A stretch of DNA of 51,258 nucleotides from an uncultured Aquiflexum sp. Lineage in GTDB: Bacteria > Bacteroidota > Bacteroidia > Cytophagales > Cyclobacteriaceae. Below are positions 9,306 to 20,200 of the stretch, piece by piece. Position 1 is the first letter of the stretch; every line of letters starts with the position of its first letter. Position numbers and translations under genes: made by a program. The notes beneath the pieces are model-generated. The model searched no databases. It saw only the letters and a program-made list of their open reading frames with translations, and had not been told where the DNA came from. Location: contig CAZLJT010000001.1 in NCBI GenBank assembly GCA_964559905.1, positions 1 through 51,258 of the forward strand, in the 5' to 3' direction.

Positions 9306-9971
9306 ATGCAGGCATACGAATTTATCAACAATCTCATTCCACCCTTAAAACCAAAGGACAAAGCAAAAATGGCATTGACCTGGATGGAGGAAATCAGAAC
9401 CAATATGTTGCCTGTAGTAGAAAAAAACAGGTTCCTCGGTTTTGTTACTGAAGAATTGATATATACTATAAATAATCCCGAACTTCTAATCAGTAAACTT
9501 GAACTAAAATTTATTTCATGCTTTGTTTATCAGGACAAGCATATTTACGATGTCATCAAAGTGGCCTCCGAAAATCAAACCAATATGGTCGCGGTCATCG
9601 ATAGGGAAAATAATTATTTGGGGGTGGTTACGATGGAGGATGCAATAGGGGCATTTGCAGGTTCTCTTTCCATTCAGTCTCAAGGAGCAGTTTTGATTCT
9701 CTCCATGTTCATGACAGATTACAGTCTTTTTGAAATTTCAAGGATAGTGGAATCCGAAAACGCCAAAATTCTAAGTAGTTTTATTTCTAGCGATCCATTG
9801 GATGAAAGCAAAATAAAAGTTACGCTGAAATTAGATAAATCAGAGGTGAGGCATATCAAGGCAACATTGGAAAGATTCGGATACCGAATCATTGACCATT
9901 ACCAAGAAGAAGAGTCAGGAAATGGTGAGCAGGAGAGAATAGATAACCTGCTTCGATTTTTGCAGATATAA
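9306..9971 (+). CDS. CBS domain-containing protein
   Basis: Paired CBS motifs (LPVVE..FLGFVT; AVID..YLGVVT) plus ACT-like tail; typical neighbour of NAD kinase in Bacteroidota. Confidence 0.88.
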   Translation: MQAYEFINNLIPPLKPKDKAKMALTWMEEIRTNMLPVVEKNRFLGFVTEELIYTINNPELLISKLELKFISCFVYQDKHIYDVIKVASENQTNMVAVIDRENNYLGVVTMEDAIGAFAGSLSIQSQGAVLILSMFMTDYSLFEISRIVESENAKILSSFISSDPLDESKIKVTLKLDKSEVRHIKATLERFGYRIIDHYQEEESGNGEQERIDNLLRFLQI

Positions 9972-9984
9972 CAACAAATCCAGG

Positions 9985-10860
9985 ATGAACATTACCATAC
10001 ATGGGATAGGTTTTCAAAAAGAATTTATCCCCCATATTGAGCAATTGTTTAAAATTCTTGAATCCAAAAAGGTAAATGTTTCCCTTACTGATTCATTTTC
10101 AAAATCTCTCAAAAAAATAGCTTTCGTTACAAATGATTTTGATGTCCTTCCGAAAAAGTCTTCTTTAAGTGCCATTGACTTTCTCTTTTCAGTAGGAGGC
10201 GATGGTACTCTACTGGATGCAGTTTGTCTGGTGGGCAAAAAAGAAATTCCGATTTTAGGGATCAACACAGGGAGGTTGGGTTTTTTGGCTACTGCTTCCA
10301 AAGAAAATATCGAATCTACCATAACGGCTTTGTTTGAAAAAACTTATTCCATTGAATCGAGGTCATTATTGAGTCTTGATTCTGACTCTTCTCTTTTCAA
10401 CGGACTGAATTTTGGTCTGAATGAATTCACCATTCATAAAAGAGATACCTCCTCTATGATTACAGTCCACACTTATATTAATAGCCAATATCTGAACAGC
10501 TATTGGGCTGATGGCCTTATTGTATCCACACCGACTGGCTCTACAGGATATTCATTGAGTTGTGGCGGACCTTTAATCACACCCGGGGCAAGGAATTTTG
10601 TAATAACTCCTGTGAGCCCCCACAATCTTAACGTGAGGCCTATCGTTGTATCTGATGAGAGTGAAATCAGTTTTGAAATAGAGGGAAGAAGTGAAAAATT
10701 CCTGATATCCTTGGACTCGAGGTCTGTAGCCATCGATGCCTCTGTAAAATTAAGTGTAAAAAAAGCTGAATTCTCAGCCAAATTAGTCAAATTCGCAGAT
10801 TACAGTTATTTTGATACCTTAAGGCAAAAGCTAAATTGGGGCTTTGACATGAGGAATTGA
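9985..10860 (+). CDS. nadK: NAD kinase
   Basis: GGDGTLL, GINTGRLGFL, LNE, ADGLIVSTPTGSTGYSLSCGGP. Confidence 0.97.
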   Translation: MNITIHGIGFQKEFIPHIEQLFKILESKKVNVSLTDSFSKSLKKIAFVTNDFDVLPKKSSLSAIDFLFSVGGDGTLLDAVCLVGKKEIPILGINTGRLGFLATASKENIESTITALFEKTYSIESRSLLSLDSDSSLFNGLNFGLNEFTIHKRDTSSMITVHTYINSQYLNSYWADGLIVSTPTGSTGYSLSCGGPLITPGARNFVITPVSPHNLNVRPIVVSDESEISFEIEGRSEKFLISLDSRSVAIDASVKLSVKKAEFSAKLVKFADYSYFDTLRQKLNWGFDMRN

Positions 10861-11012
10861 AATCAAACCAAATCTATTAATTGCCCGGAATCATAAATTA
10901 AAGTTTAATCTCATTTATACTTATATTGAGTTGGATTCCATTAACAAAAATTAACCCTGCAAATACTAAAAGGGGTTTTTAAATCGTTTAGTACTTCATA
11001 AATTGCAACGTC

Positions 11013-11765
11013 TTGAAAAAGAAAAATTTCCGGGTATCCACCCTTTTATTTGTTTTGGTTCTGTCTCTTACAATTAATACCCAAAAGGCAGTTGCTCAAA
11101 AATATGAATTCGGTGGCGGTTTGGGAATAGCAACCTACTCTGGAGATATCGTCAGAAGATTAGATCCAGGGCAGATTGGAATTCAAGGGACGTTATTTGG
11201 CAGACGAAATTTTGACAATGTTTGGACCTTCAGAGGAGGTGTTTCCTTTGCAAGGCTCAACGCAGCAGACAGTGTAAGACCCATAGATCCGGTTGCCGCT
11301 TTCAGGAATGCCGGATTCAGCGGTTCTCTTTTTGAGATATCTGCGGTAATGGAGTATCATTTTCTGGATTATACCCATCCGCAATCGCAGTTCAGGTTTT
11401 CTCCCTATGGTTTCTTGGGTTTAGGTTTTGCTGGATTTGTTGGAAATGGCAGAAAATTTGAAGATGATCCCAATCCTGATGGCTATACTGTAGGAACACC
11501 TGTAATCCCTTTTGGAATAGGTGTCAAATACAAATTAACCAAAAAATGGATTTTGGCGGCAGAGTTTGGCGCTCGGGCAACCTTCACCGATGGACTCGAT
11601 AAACTCTATGGAGAAGAATCAATTATTTCCCGCTTTCCCGATCCCAACAATTCAAATACCCCGTCAGGTTATAACTATGGGAATTATAGTGACAAAGACT
11701 GGTATTATTTTTTAGGAATTACTATCAGCTATTCCTTCAGTTCGGTGAAATGTTATGCTTATTAA
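11013..11765 (+). CDS. porG: PorG/DUF6089-like outer-membrane beta-barrel protein
   Basis: Signal peptide, YSGD, IPFGIGVKYKL, RATFTDGLD, DWYYFLGITISYSF; position before uppS-bamA-ompH matches the Bacteroidota porG locus; TTG start. Confidence 0.65.
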   Translation: MKKKNFRVSTLLFVLVLSLTINTQKAVAQKYEFGGGLGIATYSGDIVRRLDPGQIGIQGTLFGRRNFDNVWTFRGGVSFARLNAADSVRPIDPVAAFRNAGFSGSLFEISAVMEYHFLDYTHPQSQFRFSPYGFLGLGFAGFVGNGRKFEDDPNPDGYTVGTPVIPFGIGVKYKLTKKWILAAEFGARATFTDGLDKLYGEESIISRFPDPNNSNTPSGYNYGNYSDKDWYYFLGITISYSFSSVKCYAY

Positions 11766-11847
11766 ATTGGTCATAACAGTAGAATATTGAAAAAGAAATA
11801 GCATTTTTGTACCTCCAAAAGCGAATGTGCTTTCTTTTGGATAAGAA

Positions 11848-12585
11848 ATGAAGGAATTACTAGATAAAAATAAAATCCCCCAACACATAGCAGTTATCAT
11901 GGATGGCAACGGCCGTTGGGCCCAGAAAAAGGGTGCTATGAGAATTTTTGGGCATAAAAATGCCATTACCGCAGTGAGGGAGACTATTGAAGGGGCTGCA
12001 GAATTAGGTCTCAAATACCTGACTTTATATGCTTTTTCCACAGAGAACTGGTCTAGGCCTCAGGATGAAATTAATGCCTTAATGGAACTATTGGTGGATA
12101 CGATCACCAAAGAAGTTCCTAATATGATGGAAAACAACATCAGGCTGATGACCATTGGGCACTTACCAAGCCTTCCTCATGGATGCCACAAAAAACTGCA
12201 GGAAACTAAGGAACTGACTGCAAAGAATACCGGTCTTACTGTTGTATTGGCAATCAGCTATAGCGGTAGATGGGAAATTGAGGAGGCATTTAAAGCCATT
12301 GTCAAAAAAGTAGTGGACAAAGAATTAAGTATTGAAAATATATCGCAGGAAGTAATTTCTGCGAATTTGAATACCAAAGATATTCCAGATCCTGAATTAT
12401 TGATCAGGACCAGTGGAGAAATTAGAATCAGTAATTTTCTCCTATGGCAATTGGCCTATACTGAACTGTATTTCACAGAGGTATTATGGCCGGATTTCAG
12501 AAAAGAGCATTTGATAGAAGCCATTCTTGATTATCAGAAAAGAGAAAGGCGCTTTGGTAAAACAGGTGCTCAGATTAAAACATGA
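11848..12585 (+). CDS. uppS: Undecaprenyl diphosphate synthase (isoprenyl transferase)
   Basis: PQHIAVIMDGNGRWA, YAFSTENWSRP, LIRTSGEIRISNFLLWQ. Confidence 0.98.
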   Translation: MKELLDKNKIPQHIAVIMDGNGRWAQKKGAMRIFGHKNAITAVRETIEGAAELGLKYLTLYAFSTENWSRPQDEINALMELLVDTITKEVPNMMENNIRLMTIGHLPSLPHGCHKKLQETKELTAKNTGLTVVLAISYSGRWEIEEAFKAIVKKVVDKELSIENISQEVISANLNTKDIPDPELLIRTSGEIRISNFLLWQLAYTELYFTEVLWPDFRKEHLIEAILDYQKRERRFGKTGAQIKT

Positions 12586-15290
12586 TTTTGATGAAAAAAA
12601 TTATCAGTATCCTTTGCCTCCTGATTTTGGCAGGTAGCGTCCAGGCCCAGATTCGTTTGGGGCAAAGCCGCTATACGCCATCAAGGCCTGTGGATATTTT
12701 AGAATTGAATTATTCCAAACCAGCAAAATACAGGATTGCAGAAATAAAAGCCGTTGGTTTGGCTACCCTTGATGAGGTGGCTATCATTTCTTTGTCCGGA
12801 CTGAGAGTGGATGATGTCATTTCCGTACCGGGTGATAATATATCCAATGCATTGAAGCGTCTTTGGGGACAAGGTATTATTGGTGACGTGAAGATTTTGG
12901 TTACTAAAATTCAAGGAGATGATATTTACTTACTTCTTGAATTGACTGAAAGACCGAGATTCAGCAGAGTAGAATTCAGCGGAGTCAACAAAACCCAAGA
13001 AGGAGAACTAAAAGAAAAAATTAAAATCAGGGGAAGAGTTGTCAGAGATGACGTTCTGAATACCTCTGAACGCAATATCAAGCAGTATTTCATGGACAAG
13101 GGATACCTGAATACTGAAGTGAAAGTCGTTCAGGAAAGGGATACTACCCTTCCGAACAGCGTTAAGTTAAGATTTGACATTGTCCAGAACACCAAAGTCA
13201 AGATCAATGAAGTAAAAATCTATGGGAATGAAGAAATTCCCGACAGCAAAGTTAAAGGCAAACTAAAGGGAACCAAAGAGCATCCCAGAATGCATTTTGC
13301 GAGAGATGTAAGTTCCAGGATCACCAATACCACCCCCCAATCAGCGAAGGAAGCAGTATTGTACCGCAATCCTGTATCTGATGAAAAGGTAAAAGAATAT
13401 ATCAATAAAAATTTCAAACTTAATTTTTTCAGTGGATCGAAATTTGTCGCAAAAGATTTTAAAGAGGACAAAGAAAGTGTAATAGCATATTACAATTCAA
13501 AGGGCTACAGAGATGCTGAAATCCTTGATGATTCAGTCTATAGATTTTCGAACAATACTGTCAATGTTGACATTGCTCTTGAAGAGGGGAATAAATATTA
13601 TTACAGGAACATCACTTTTGTTGGGAATTACCTTCACCAAGCCCCGGTTTTGTTGGCAAGGTTGGGAATTCAAAAAGGAGATGTTTACAATAAGGAAAAA
13701 CTGGAAAAAAGATTGAATTATGATCCCCAAAGAGGCGATGATGTCAGTTCTCTTTACCAGGATAACGGTTACCTTTTCTTTCAGATAGACCCAGTGGAAA
13801 TCCAGGTCCAAGGTGATTCCATAGATATTGAGATGAGGATTTTTGAAGGACCGCAAGTGACAGTTAATTCTGTATCAATACAGGGCAATGAAAGAACTTC
13901 AGACCACGTGGTAATGCGTGAAATCAGAATTTTACCTGGTCAAAAATTCAACAGAAGTCTTTTGGTAAGAACTATAAGGGAACTGTCCCAACTAGGCTAT
14001 TTCAATCCTGAAAATATCGAGCCTGACATGAGGCCCAATTATGAGGATGCAACAGTCGATATAACTTTCAAGCTTGAGGAACGGCCGAATGATCAGATTG
14101 AACTTTCTGGAGGATGGGGTGGATTCTTCGGTTTTGTGGGAACAGTAGGCTTGGTATTCAACAACTTCTCTCTTAAGAATATCGGAAATTTCGAGAAATG
14201 GAGGCCACTCCCGGTAGGCGATGGTCAAAGACTATCACTTAGGGTACAGGCCAATGGTCGTTCTTTCCAGAATTATAGCATTTCCCTTACTGAACCTTGG
14301 TTTGGAGGTAGAAAACCAAATGCGCTGAGTTTTAGCTTAAATCGCTCTGTTCAGAGGCAGTTGGATTTCCAGAATAGAACCAATCCAGGCCAGGAAATCG
14401 GATTTTTCAAAATTACAGGTGCTACCATTGGTCTTTCAAAAAGAGTAACATGGCCTGATGATTATTTTTTGGTAAGTACTGCACTTACCTATCAAAATTA
14501 TGAATTTTTGGAGTTCGGAAGATCCTTTGGTTTGAGTTTCCCAAGTGGTAGGTTGAACAGTATAGCCCTGAATACAACGATTGCCAGAAACAATATTGAC
14601 AATCCAATTTATCCCAGACAAGGTTCAAATATTTCATTGGTGACTTCACTCACTCCACCTTATGCATCCTTAAACCCAAACATAGACAGAGAATCGCCTG
14701 ATGAAGAAAAATTCAAATGGTTGGAGTATCATAAGTGGATGTTTGATGCATCTTTCTTTTCACCGCTCTTTGGTTCATCTAAATTTGTGGCAAGCGCCAG
14801 GGCACATATGGGTTTCCTCGGTTCGTATGGAGACAGAATAGGAATTATTCCATTGGAAAGGTTTGTGATGGGCGGAGATGGGATGAATATGAACAATTTT
14901 GCATTGGGTCAGGAAATCATTGGTCTTAGAGGTTATGAAAACCAAACCATTACGCCTGGTAGAGATACCAGAAATGATCCAAATTCAACCGAAGGATATG
15001 GTGGTATCGTATACAATAAATATGTAATGGAATTAAGATTCTTGGTTTCTCCGAATCCATCAGCTACTATATTCCTCTTGACCTTTGCTGAGGCAGGAAA
15101 CAACTGGGGTTCTTATGCGGAGTTTAATCCCTACAATCTCAAGAAGTCAGCAGGTTTTGGTGCCAGAATTTTCATGCCTGCATTTGGTCTATTGGGACTG
15201 GATTGGGGATACGGATTTGATCCGATTCCAGGTAGGACGGAACCAAGCGGTGCTCAATTCCATTTTACCATTGGTCAACAATTTAGATAA
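12582..15290 (+). CDS. bamA: Outer membrane protein assembly factor BamA (start may be 12591)
   Basis: Signal peptide, POTRA repeats, LRGY motif, C-terminal GLLGLDWGYGFD..FHFTIGQQF. Confidence 0.97.
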   Translation: MILMKKIISILCLLILAGSVQAQIRLGQSRYTPSRPVDILELNYSKPAKYRIAEIKAVGLATLDEVAIISLSGLRVDDVISVPGDNISNALKRLWGQGIIGDVKILVTKIQGDDIYLLLELTERPRFSRVEFSGVNKTQEGELKEKIKIRGRVVRDDVLNTSERNIKQYFMDKGYLNTEVKVVQERDTTLPNSVKLRFDIVQNTKVKINEVKIYGNEEIPDSKVKGKLKGTKEHPRMHFARDVSSRITNTTPQSAKEAVLYRNPVSDEKVKEYINKNFKLNFFSGSKFVAKDFKEDKESVIAYYNSKGYRDAEILDDSVYRFSNNTVNVDIALEEGNKYYYRNITFVGNYLHQAPVLLARLGIQKGDVYNKEKLEKRLNYDPQRGDDVSSLYQDNGYLFFQIDPVEIQVQGDSIDIEMRIFEGPQVTVNSVSIQGNERTSDHVVMREIRILPGQKFNRSLLVRTIRELSQLGYFNPENIEPDMRPNYEDATVDITFKLEERPNDQIELSGGWGGFFGFVGTVGLVFNNFSLKNIGNFEKWRPLPVGDGQRLSLRVQANGRSFQNYSISLTEPWFGGRKPNALSFSLNRSVQRQLDFQNRTNPGQEIGFFKITGATIGLSKRVTWPDDYFLVSTALTYQNYEFLEFGRSFGLSFPSGRLNSIALNTTIARNNIDNPIYPRQGSNISLVTSLTPPYASLNPNIDRESPDEEKFKWLEYHKWMFDASFFSPLFGSSKFVASARAHMGFLGSYGDRIGIIPLERFVMGGDGMNMNNFALGQEIIGLRGYENQTITPGRDTRNDPNSTEGYGGIVYNKYVMELRFLVSPNPSATIFLLTFAEAGNNWGSYAEFNPYNLKKSAGFGARIFMPAFGLLGLDWGYGFDPIPGRTEPSGAQFHFTIGQQFR

Positions 15291-15292
15291 AG

Positions 15293-15826
15293 ATGGAAAG
15301 ACGGAATATATTATTATTTTTGCTTCTTCTATGTAGCACTGCATTCATTGAAAATCCGTTAAAGGCTCAAAAGTTTGGATACATAGACTCAGAATTTCTC
15401 TTGAACAAGCATCCTGATTATAAAGTAGTTCAATCTGAATTAGAGGCACTGAGCACCCAATGGAAAAAAGAGGCACAGGAATTGGAGAAAGAAATAAAGG
15501 ATATGTATGCAAGTCTTCAGGCAGAGGAAGTATTACTGACAGAGGAAATGTATCAGGCTAAATTAGATGCCATCAAAGAAAAACAAAAAGAAGCAGTTGC
15601 GTTTAATAACAGAGTATTTGGAATCAATGGTCAGTATTACCAAAAACAGGCTGAATTGCTTCAACCACTTCAATCCAAAATATACGATGCTATCGACCGC
15701 GTATGTAAGAGGAATAACCTGGCCATGTTGTTTGACAAAGCAGCAGGCCCATTAATGATTTATACAGATCCAAGACATGACTATTCGGAATTTGTTTTGG
15801 AAGAATTAGGATTAGAAAACAAGTAA
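15293..15826 (+). CDS. OmpH/Skp periplasmic chaperone
   Basis: Signal peptide, KFGYIDSE, long coiled coil, LLQPLQSKI..MLFDK; follows bamA. Confidence 0.92.
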   Translation: MERRNILLFLLLLCSTAFIENPLKAQKFGYIDSEFLLNKHPDYKVVQSELEALSTQWKKEAQELEKEIKDMYASLQAEEVLLTEEMYQAKLDAIKEKQKEAVAFNNRVFGINGQYYQKQAELLQPLQSKIYDAIDRVCKRNNLAMLFDKAAGPLMIYTDPRHDYSEFVLEELGLENK

Positions 15827-15842
15827 ATTAAATAAGAACAAA

Positions 15843-16388
15843 ATGATGAAAATTAAAGTTATCCTTTCCGCAATAGCTTTGTTTTGCGTGGGATTTGTAG
15901 CCCAAGCCCAAGAATTGAAAATTGGCTATACCAATGTGGAGTTATTGATGGATCTGATGCCGGAAATGGAGCAAATTGCCGCCGACATTCAGGATTATCA
16001 ATCCCAGTTGCAGACCAATATCCAGACCAAGGCCCAGGATTTCCAAAGAAAGGTTCAGGCATACCAGCAGGCAGCCCCAACTATGACTGAGGATGCAAGA
16101 GCAGCGAAAGAACAAGAGCTTCAAAAGTTGCAGCAGGAACTGCAAAAGTATGAGCAAGATGCCCAGACTTCTTATCAAAGGAAACTCGGCGAATTATTGG
16201 AGCCAGTACAGCAGAAGGTATTCAACGCCATCAATGCTGTAGCAGCAGAGAACAACTACACCCATGTTTTCTCGGAGTCAGCTGGTCAATCTCCAATCTT
16301 GTTGTACACCAAAGACGAAGACAAATTCACTGAATTGGTATTGGCCAAATTGGGAATACAGCTTCCTACACAAAATCCAAGTAATTAA
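15843..16388 (+). CDS. OmpH/Skp periplasmic chaperone (second paralog)
   Basis: Signal peptide, KIGYTN, Gln-rich coiled coil, LLEPV..AINAVA..YTHVF. Confidence 0.92.
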   Translation: MMKIKVILSAIALFCVGFVAQAQELKIGYTNVELLMDLMPEMEQIAADIQDYQSQLQTNIQTKAQDFQRKVQAYQQAAPTMTEDARAAKEQELQKLQQELQKYEQDAQTSYQRKLGELLEPVQQKVFNAINAVAAENNYTHVFSESAGQSPILLYTKDEDKFTELVLAKLGIQLPTQNPSN

Positions 16389-16413
16389 TAGCACTCAAAT
16401 CATTGAGATTATG

Positions 16414-16444
16414 AAGCCTGCATCTTAGGAAGCAGGCTTTTTTT
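16414..16444 (+). terminator. Intrinsic terminator after the second ompH
   Basis: AAGCCTGC-N10-GCAGGCTT stem followed by a T run. Confidence 0.85.
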
Positions 16445-16505
16445 GTGATTAAAGTGACAGAACTATTTGGGGGATTAAATTGTCAAAGAGGATACTAGGT
16501 TTTTT

Positions 16506-16814
16506 ATGGCAAAGAAAAAATTCAAAGAAATTGTGCAGCAATCAGATGAAGCTATTCTGGTGGATTTCTATGCGGATTGGTGTGGCCCATGCCAGACAAT
16601 GAACCCCGTTTTGGAGCAGGTTGTTGGTGAATTGGCCGGTAAAATCAAGCTTTATAAACTGAATGTGGATCGAAATCCACAGGTCAGCCTTCAATTTGGG
16701 GTGAGGTCAATTCCCCATTACATTCTTTTCAAAAAGGGTAAAATTCTCTGGAGAAAAGGGGGAGTGATGACCAAACGTGAACTGCTGCAAGTCATGAAAG
16801 GATTTACAGGTTGA
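16506..16814 (+). CDS. Thioredoxin
   Basis: LVDFYADWCGPC active site, VRSIP. Confidence 0.95.
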   Translation: MAKKKFKEIVQQSDEAILVDFYADWCGPCQTMNPVLEQVVGELAGKIKLYKLNVDRNPQVSLQFGVRSIPHYILFKKGKILWRKGGVMTKRELLQVMKGFTG

Positions 16815-16819
16815 ATTAT

Positions 16820-17188
16820 TCAGGATTTTTTTATGGGCAGAAAATTTACTTTTATAGAAATGAGGAAAGCCAACAATGCCAGTGATAATGTCATGGTATC
16901 CACCATATTTGGATCAAGATCCAATCCGGACAGTCTTTTGATGATAAAGGTAATGTAGGAATTTGGAAGGTCTGTTCTGCCCAAATTCCTTAACACGTCC
17001 CAATGCCAGTCAGTCAAAGGACAATATCCCCAACCATACCAGATCCCCAAAATTACCCAAGAAGCCAATGTCAGAGAGATAGTTGCAAAATGCCATTTTC
17101 TTAATGGTTTCCAGATCCAGGCAAACAGATTAAAAAGGATCAAAAGCGTATGAAAAACGGTAAAGAATATATCAGCTAATTGAAGCAT
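16820..17188 (-). CDS. DUF2784-family membrane protein (ORF extends to 17215)
   Basis: LADIFFTVFH..FNLF..GWGYCPLTDWHW; three hydrophobic segments. Confidence 0.8.
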   Translation of the reverse strand: MLQLADIFFTVFHTLLILFNLFAWIWKPLRKWHFATISLTLASWVILGIWYGWGYCPLTDWHWDVLRNLGRTDLPNSYITFIIKRLSGLDLDPNMVDTMTLSLALLAFLISIKVNFLPIKKS

Positions 17189-17283
17189 TGTTATAGTAAT
17201 AATTTTTTTAGCCAACTTTAGTTGCCTCAGTACCCATATTAAGAGAAGGTCATTTATATGATTTTAAAATGTTAATTGACTTT

Positions 17284-20200
17284 TTAACTCTTACTCTTTC
17301 CAGTTGATAGGAGTGAATTTCTTATCAATGAATAAATACCTCCCAATGCACCGGAAATACCTGCAACAAAAGTTGACGCTTGATCCAGGAAATTTTTGTC
17401 AAAATAGCTGATCAAAGCTACCGACAACAGGATGAAACTGAAAACAGCTATTTGAATTGAACTTGCGTTGCCATACTTTTCCTCATCCCTTTTGAAGGCT
17501 TGGATTTCCTCTTCTGTGACATTACCCAATATAAAAATCCTAAAGTGCTTATCGAACAATATCGGAAACAATTCCGAGGATTCGCTCCCATCCAATATTC
17601 CCTTTGGTCCCAATATACCCTTTTGGATCAATTCCGTGATCACAGGTCTATGGGTGAAATTGAAAAATCCTTCCTGACTGAAATAATAACAGATTTTTTT
17701 CTCTTCGAAGCTCATCTCAGACCAAATATTATAAAAATATGCCTTTCTTGACCGGATAAGAATGCTGGCTTTTTCATCGTTAGGAGTTTTGACTTTCAGA
17801 TAAGGCTCAAGTTCTATGGGTACATATTCGAAATGAAAAGAACTGAACAATTCGGAAAAAACCATTTTTTGATGCGGGTCCTTGATTTGATAGAGTAGTT
17901 GTTTCCAAGAATAGCCCGAAGAGAAGACCAAATAAATATTGTCATTAACCGCTTTGATAAAATGAGGCAATCTTTCCAGCAGTAACAAAAGGTCAGGGAG
18001 ACAATGGACATTTTTGATGATCCAGATATTTTTTCCCTCAAGATCGGGTGTGATTGATTCACCCCATTTTAAATCAGGGTTAGATGTGCAATCGGTTATT
18101 TCATGATTTCCAAGGTCTATGAGATTCTGAATCCATTTGGGAAATTTTTCTGAATCAATTCCACACAAAAATACTTTTTGATTGAGTGTAGCTGTATTGG
18201 GATTTTGGTGATGGTATAAAAATCCCTCAAAATCCAAAAAGTATATTTTTTTGGTGAGCGTATAGACCATCCAAACAAATAATGCGAGAATCAAAAGAAA
18301 TACTATCGTCACGAATATAACCAATAGCATGCTTTCTTTTAACTTTTGGATAGGTTTTAACAGCGTGCCCAGATCGATTAATTTGTAATGTGCCAATTTT
18401 GGTTGCATCAAACTACGGTCTGTATAAATAAAGGCTTTAACTTGGGAGGCATTTTGATCGGTAAGGTTTCCAAAAAAGAGTCTTCTAACTTCGTCATAGG
18501 TATTCCAAAAAACATCAGGAGTATCTTTATAATCCTCAGCTTTTTTTTGAGGTTCCCAATTTTTGGATTCAAATTGATGGACTTTGGAATAGATGATATA
18601 CCCGGGTACAAAGCCTATCATAAATATCCACATGATAAAAAAACTGGTGTAGGTGTAATGGCAATTAGTTGCCATTGAATTTTGGCTTCCTTGACTTTCG
18701 TGCGATGTTACGTCTTTCGGTTTGATCTTTACCTCATTTTTTTCCGAGATTTTCAACCTTTTTTTGAAAGTATAATAGGAAGAACCTATCACCCAAATGA
18801 ACAAAATAAAATAGGAAATATAAGGAATAAGTCCTGCCAGAAACCCAAATGATATGGCAATAACCATCCCCATTATCCAAATGAACCTGCTTATTTCTTG
18901 ATTTCGGGAATTTTTGATAACCCTCCTGTTTTCCTCTGCCGAAAGGCGACTGTTGCTTTTTTGCCATCTTGGCCCTAGCATCATGTAAGTGATGACCTTG
19001 AAGTGAAAAGTAGTAATAATGAGGATGGTGAAAATTCCAAAAAAATTAATATCTGGGAGGTGATAAAAGTAAATGATAAGGAAAATATAAATAACCATAA
19101 ACCAAATCAAATATTCGAAATTTTTGGACTTTGATTTTTTCGGATATAAATAGTTATAAGCAAATTTCTCGATTGTTTTGTTTTTGGTTTTTGTTTTGTT
19201 CAGCTTGTTGGCAAACGAAATTAGTGCGAGCATCAAAAGATAAAAGAGTAAAAGAATGGTAGTTTCGAACGTCACCAAAGACGAATACACATGCTCCAAG
19301 TGTTCATCTTTGAGATAAATCATCCATAAATCCTGGTCAAAATGGTGATTTTCAAACGAAACTTTCTGCAAGTAGCCATTAAATGCATGGCCGTCCAGGT
19401 ATAATGGGATCATCCATTGAAGGCCTTGGTCTGATGAAAGGTTGTTATTGATAATGGCTTCTACCTCCTGCCATTTTTTAGCAGAGAGCAATTGGGATAA
19501 GCTGTCTGCTGCGACCTTAATCCGCTCACTTTTTTTGATGATCAGTCCATTTTTTTTAAAAAATAAATATTCCCTCAATGTATCGTATTTGGTCAGCTTG
19601 GTGTCCCAAGAAAATGTTATTGCTTCTACTTGATTTAAAGCAGAATCATACCTACTGATGACAGATTCTTGCTCTGAATTGGCCAGAGAATAGTGGGACC
19701 CTATATACTTGATGTCGGATTTCGTTTTGTTGAATTCTTTAATTTCAATTTTTTCCGAAGGTTTCAAAAAATATGAGTAATAAATGCGGTGTTGAAGAGA
19801 TCTATAGATCTGATTGAGGGTGTCTAATGTTCCATTTTGATAAATTGATTCTATACCCCCCAGATTGTTTATTCTTATCAGATCATTCGCTCGTCGGACA
19901 TTTACCTGAGGAAGCAATTTCGTAGCATTAGTATCCCAATTATCCAATAGACTGGTTTTATCTAAAAGTTTGGATTGAATACTTTCTTTTATTTCACGCA
20001 TAGCAACTTCATGATCTTGGTCAGTCAAAGGATGGTGGTTTTTGGAAAATGAAAATCCAAAACCTAGGATCACCATGATGCCTACTAAAGAAAGGCCTAC
20101 ACTAAAAACTCCAAAGCGTGTAAGTTTGTCACCCTTGGTTAAACCCAAAAAGGACAGGATAGGAAGGGAAAAAAGCATGAGTCCTAACAAGAATACCAAA

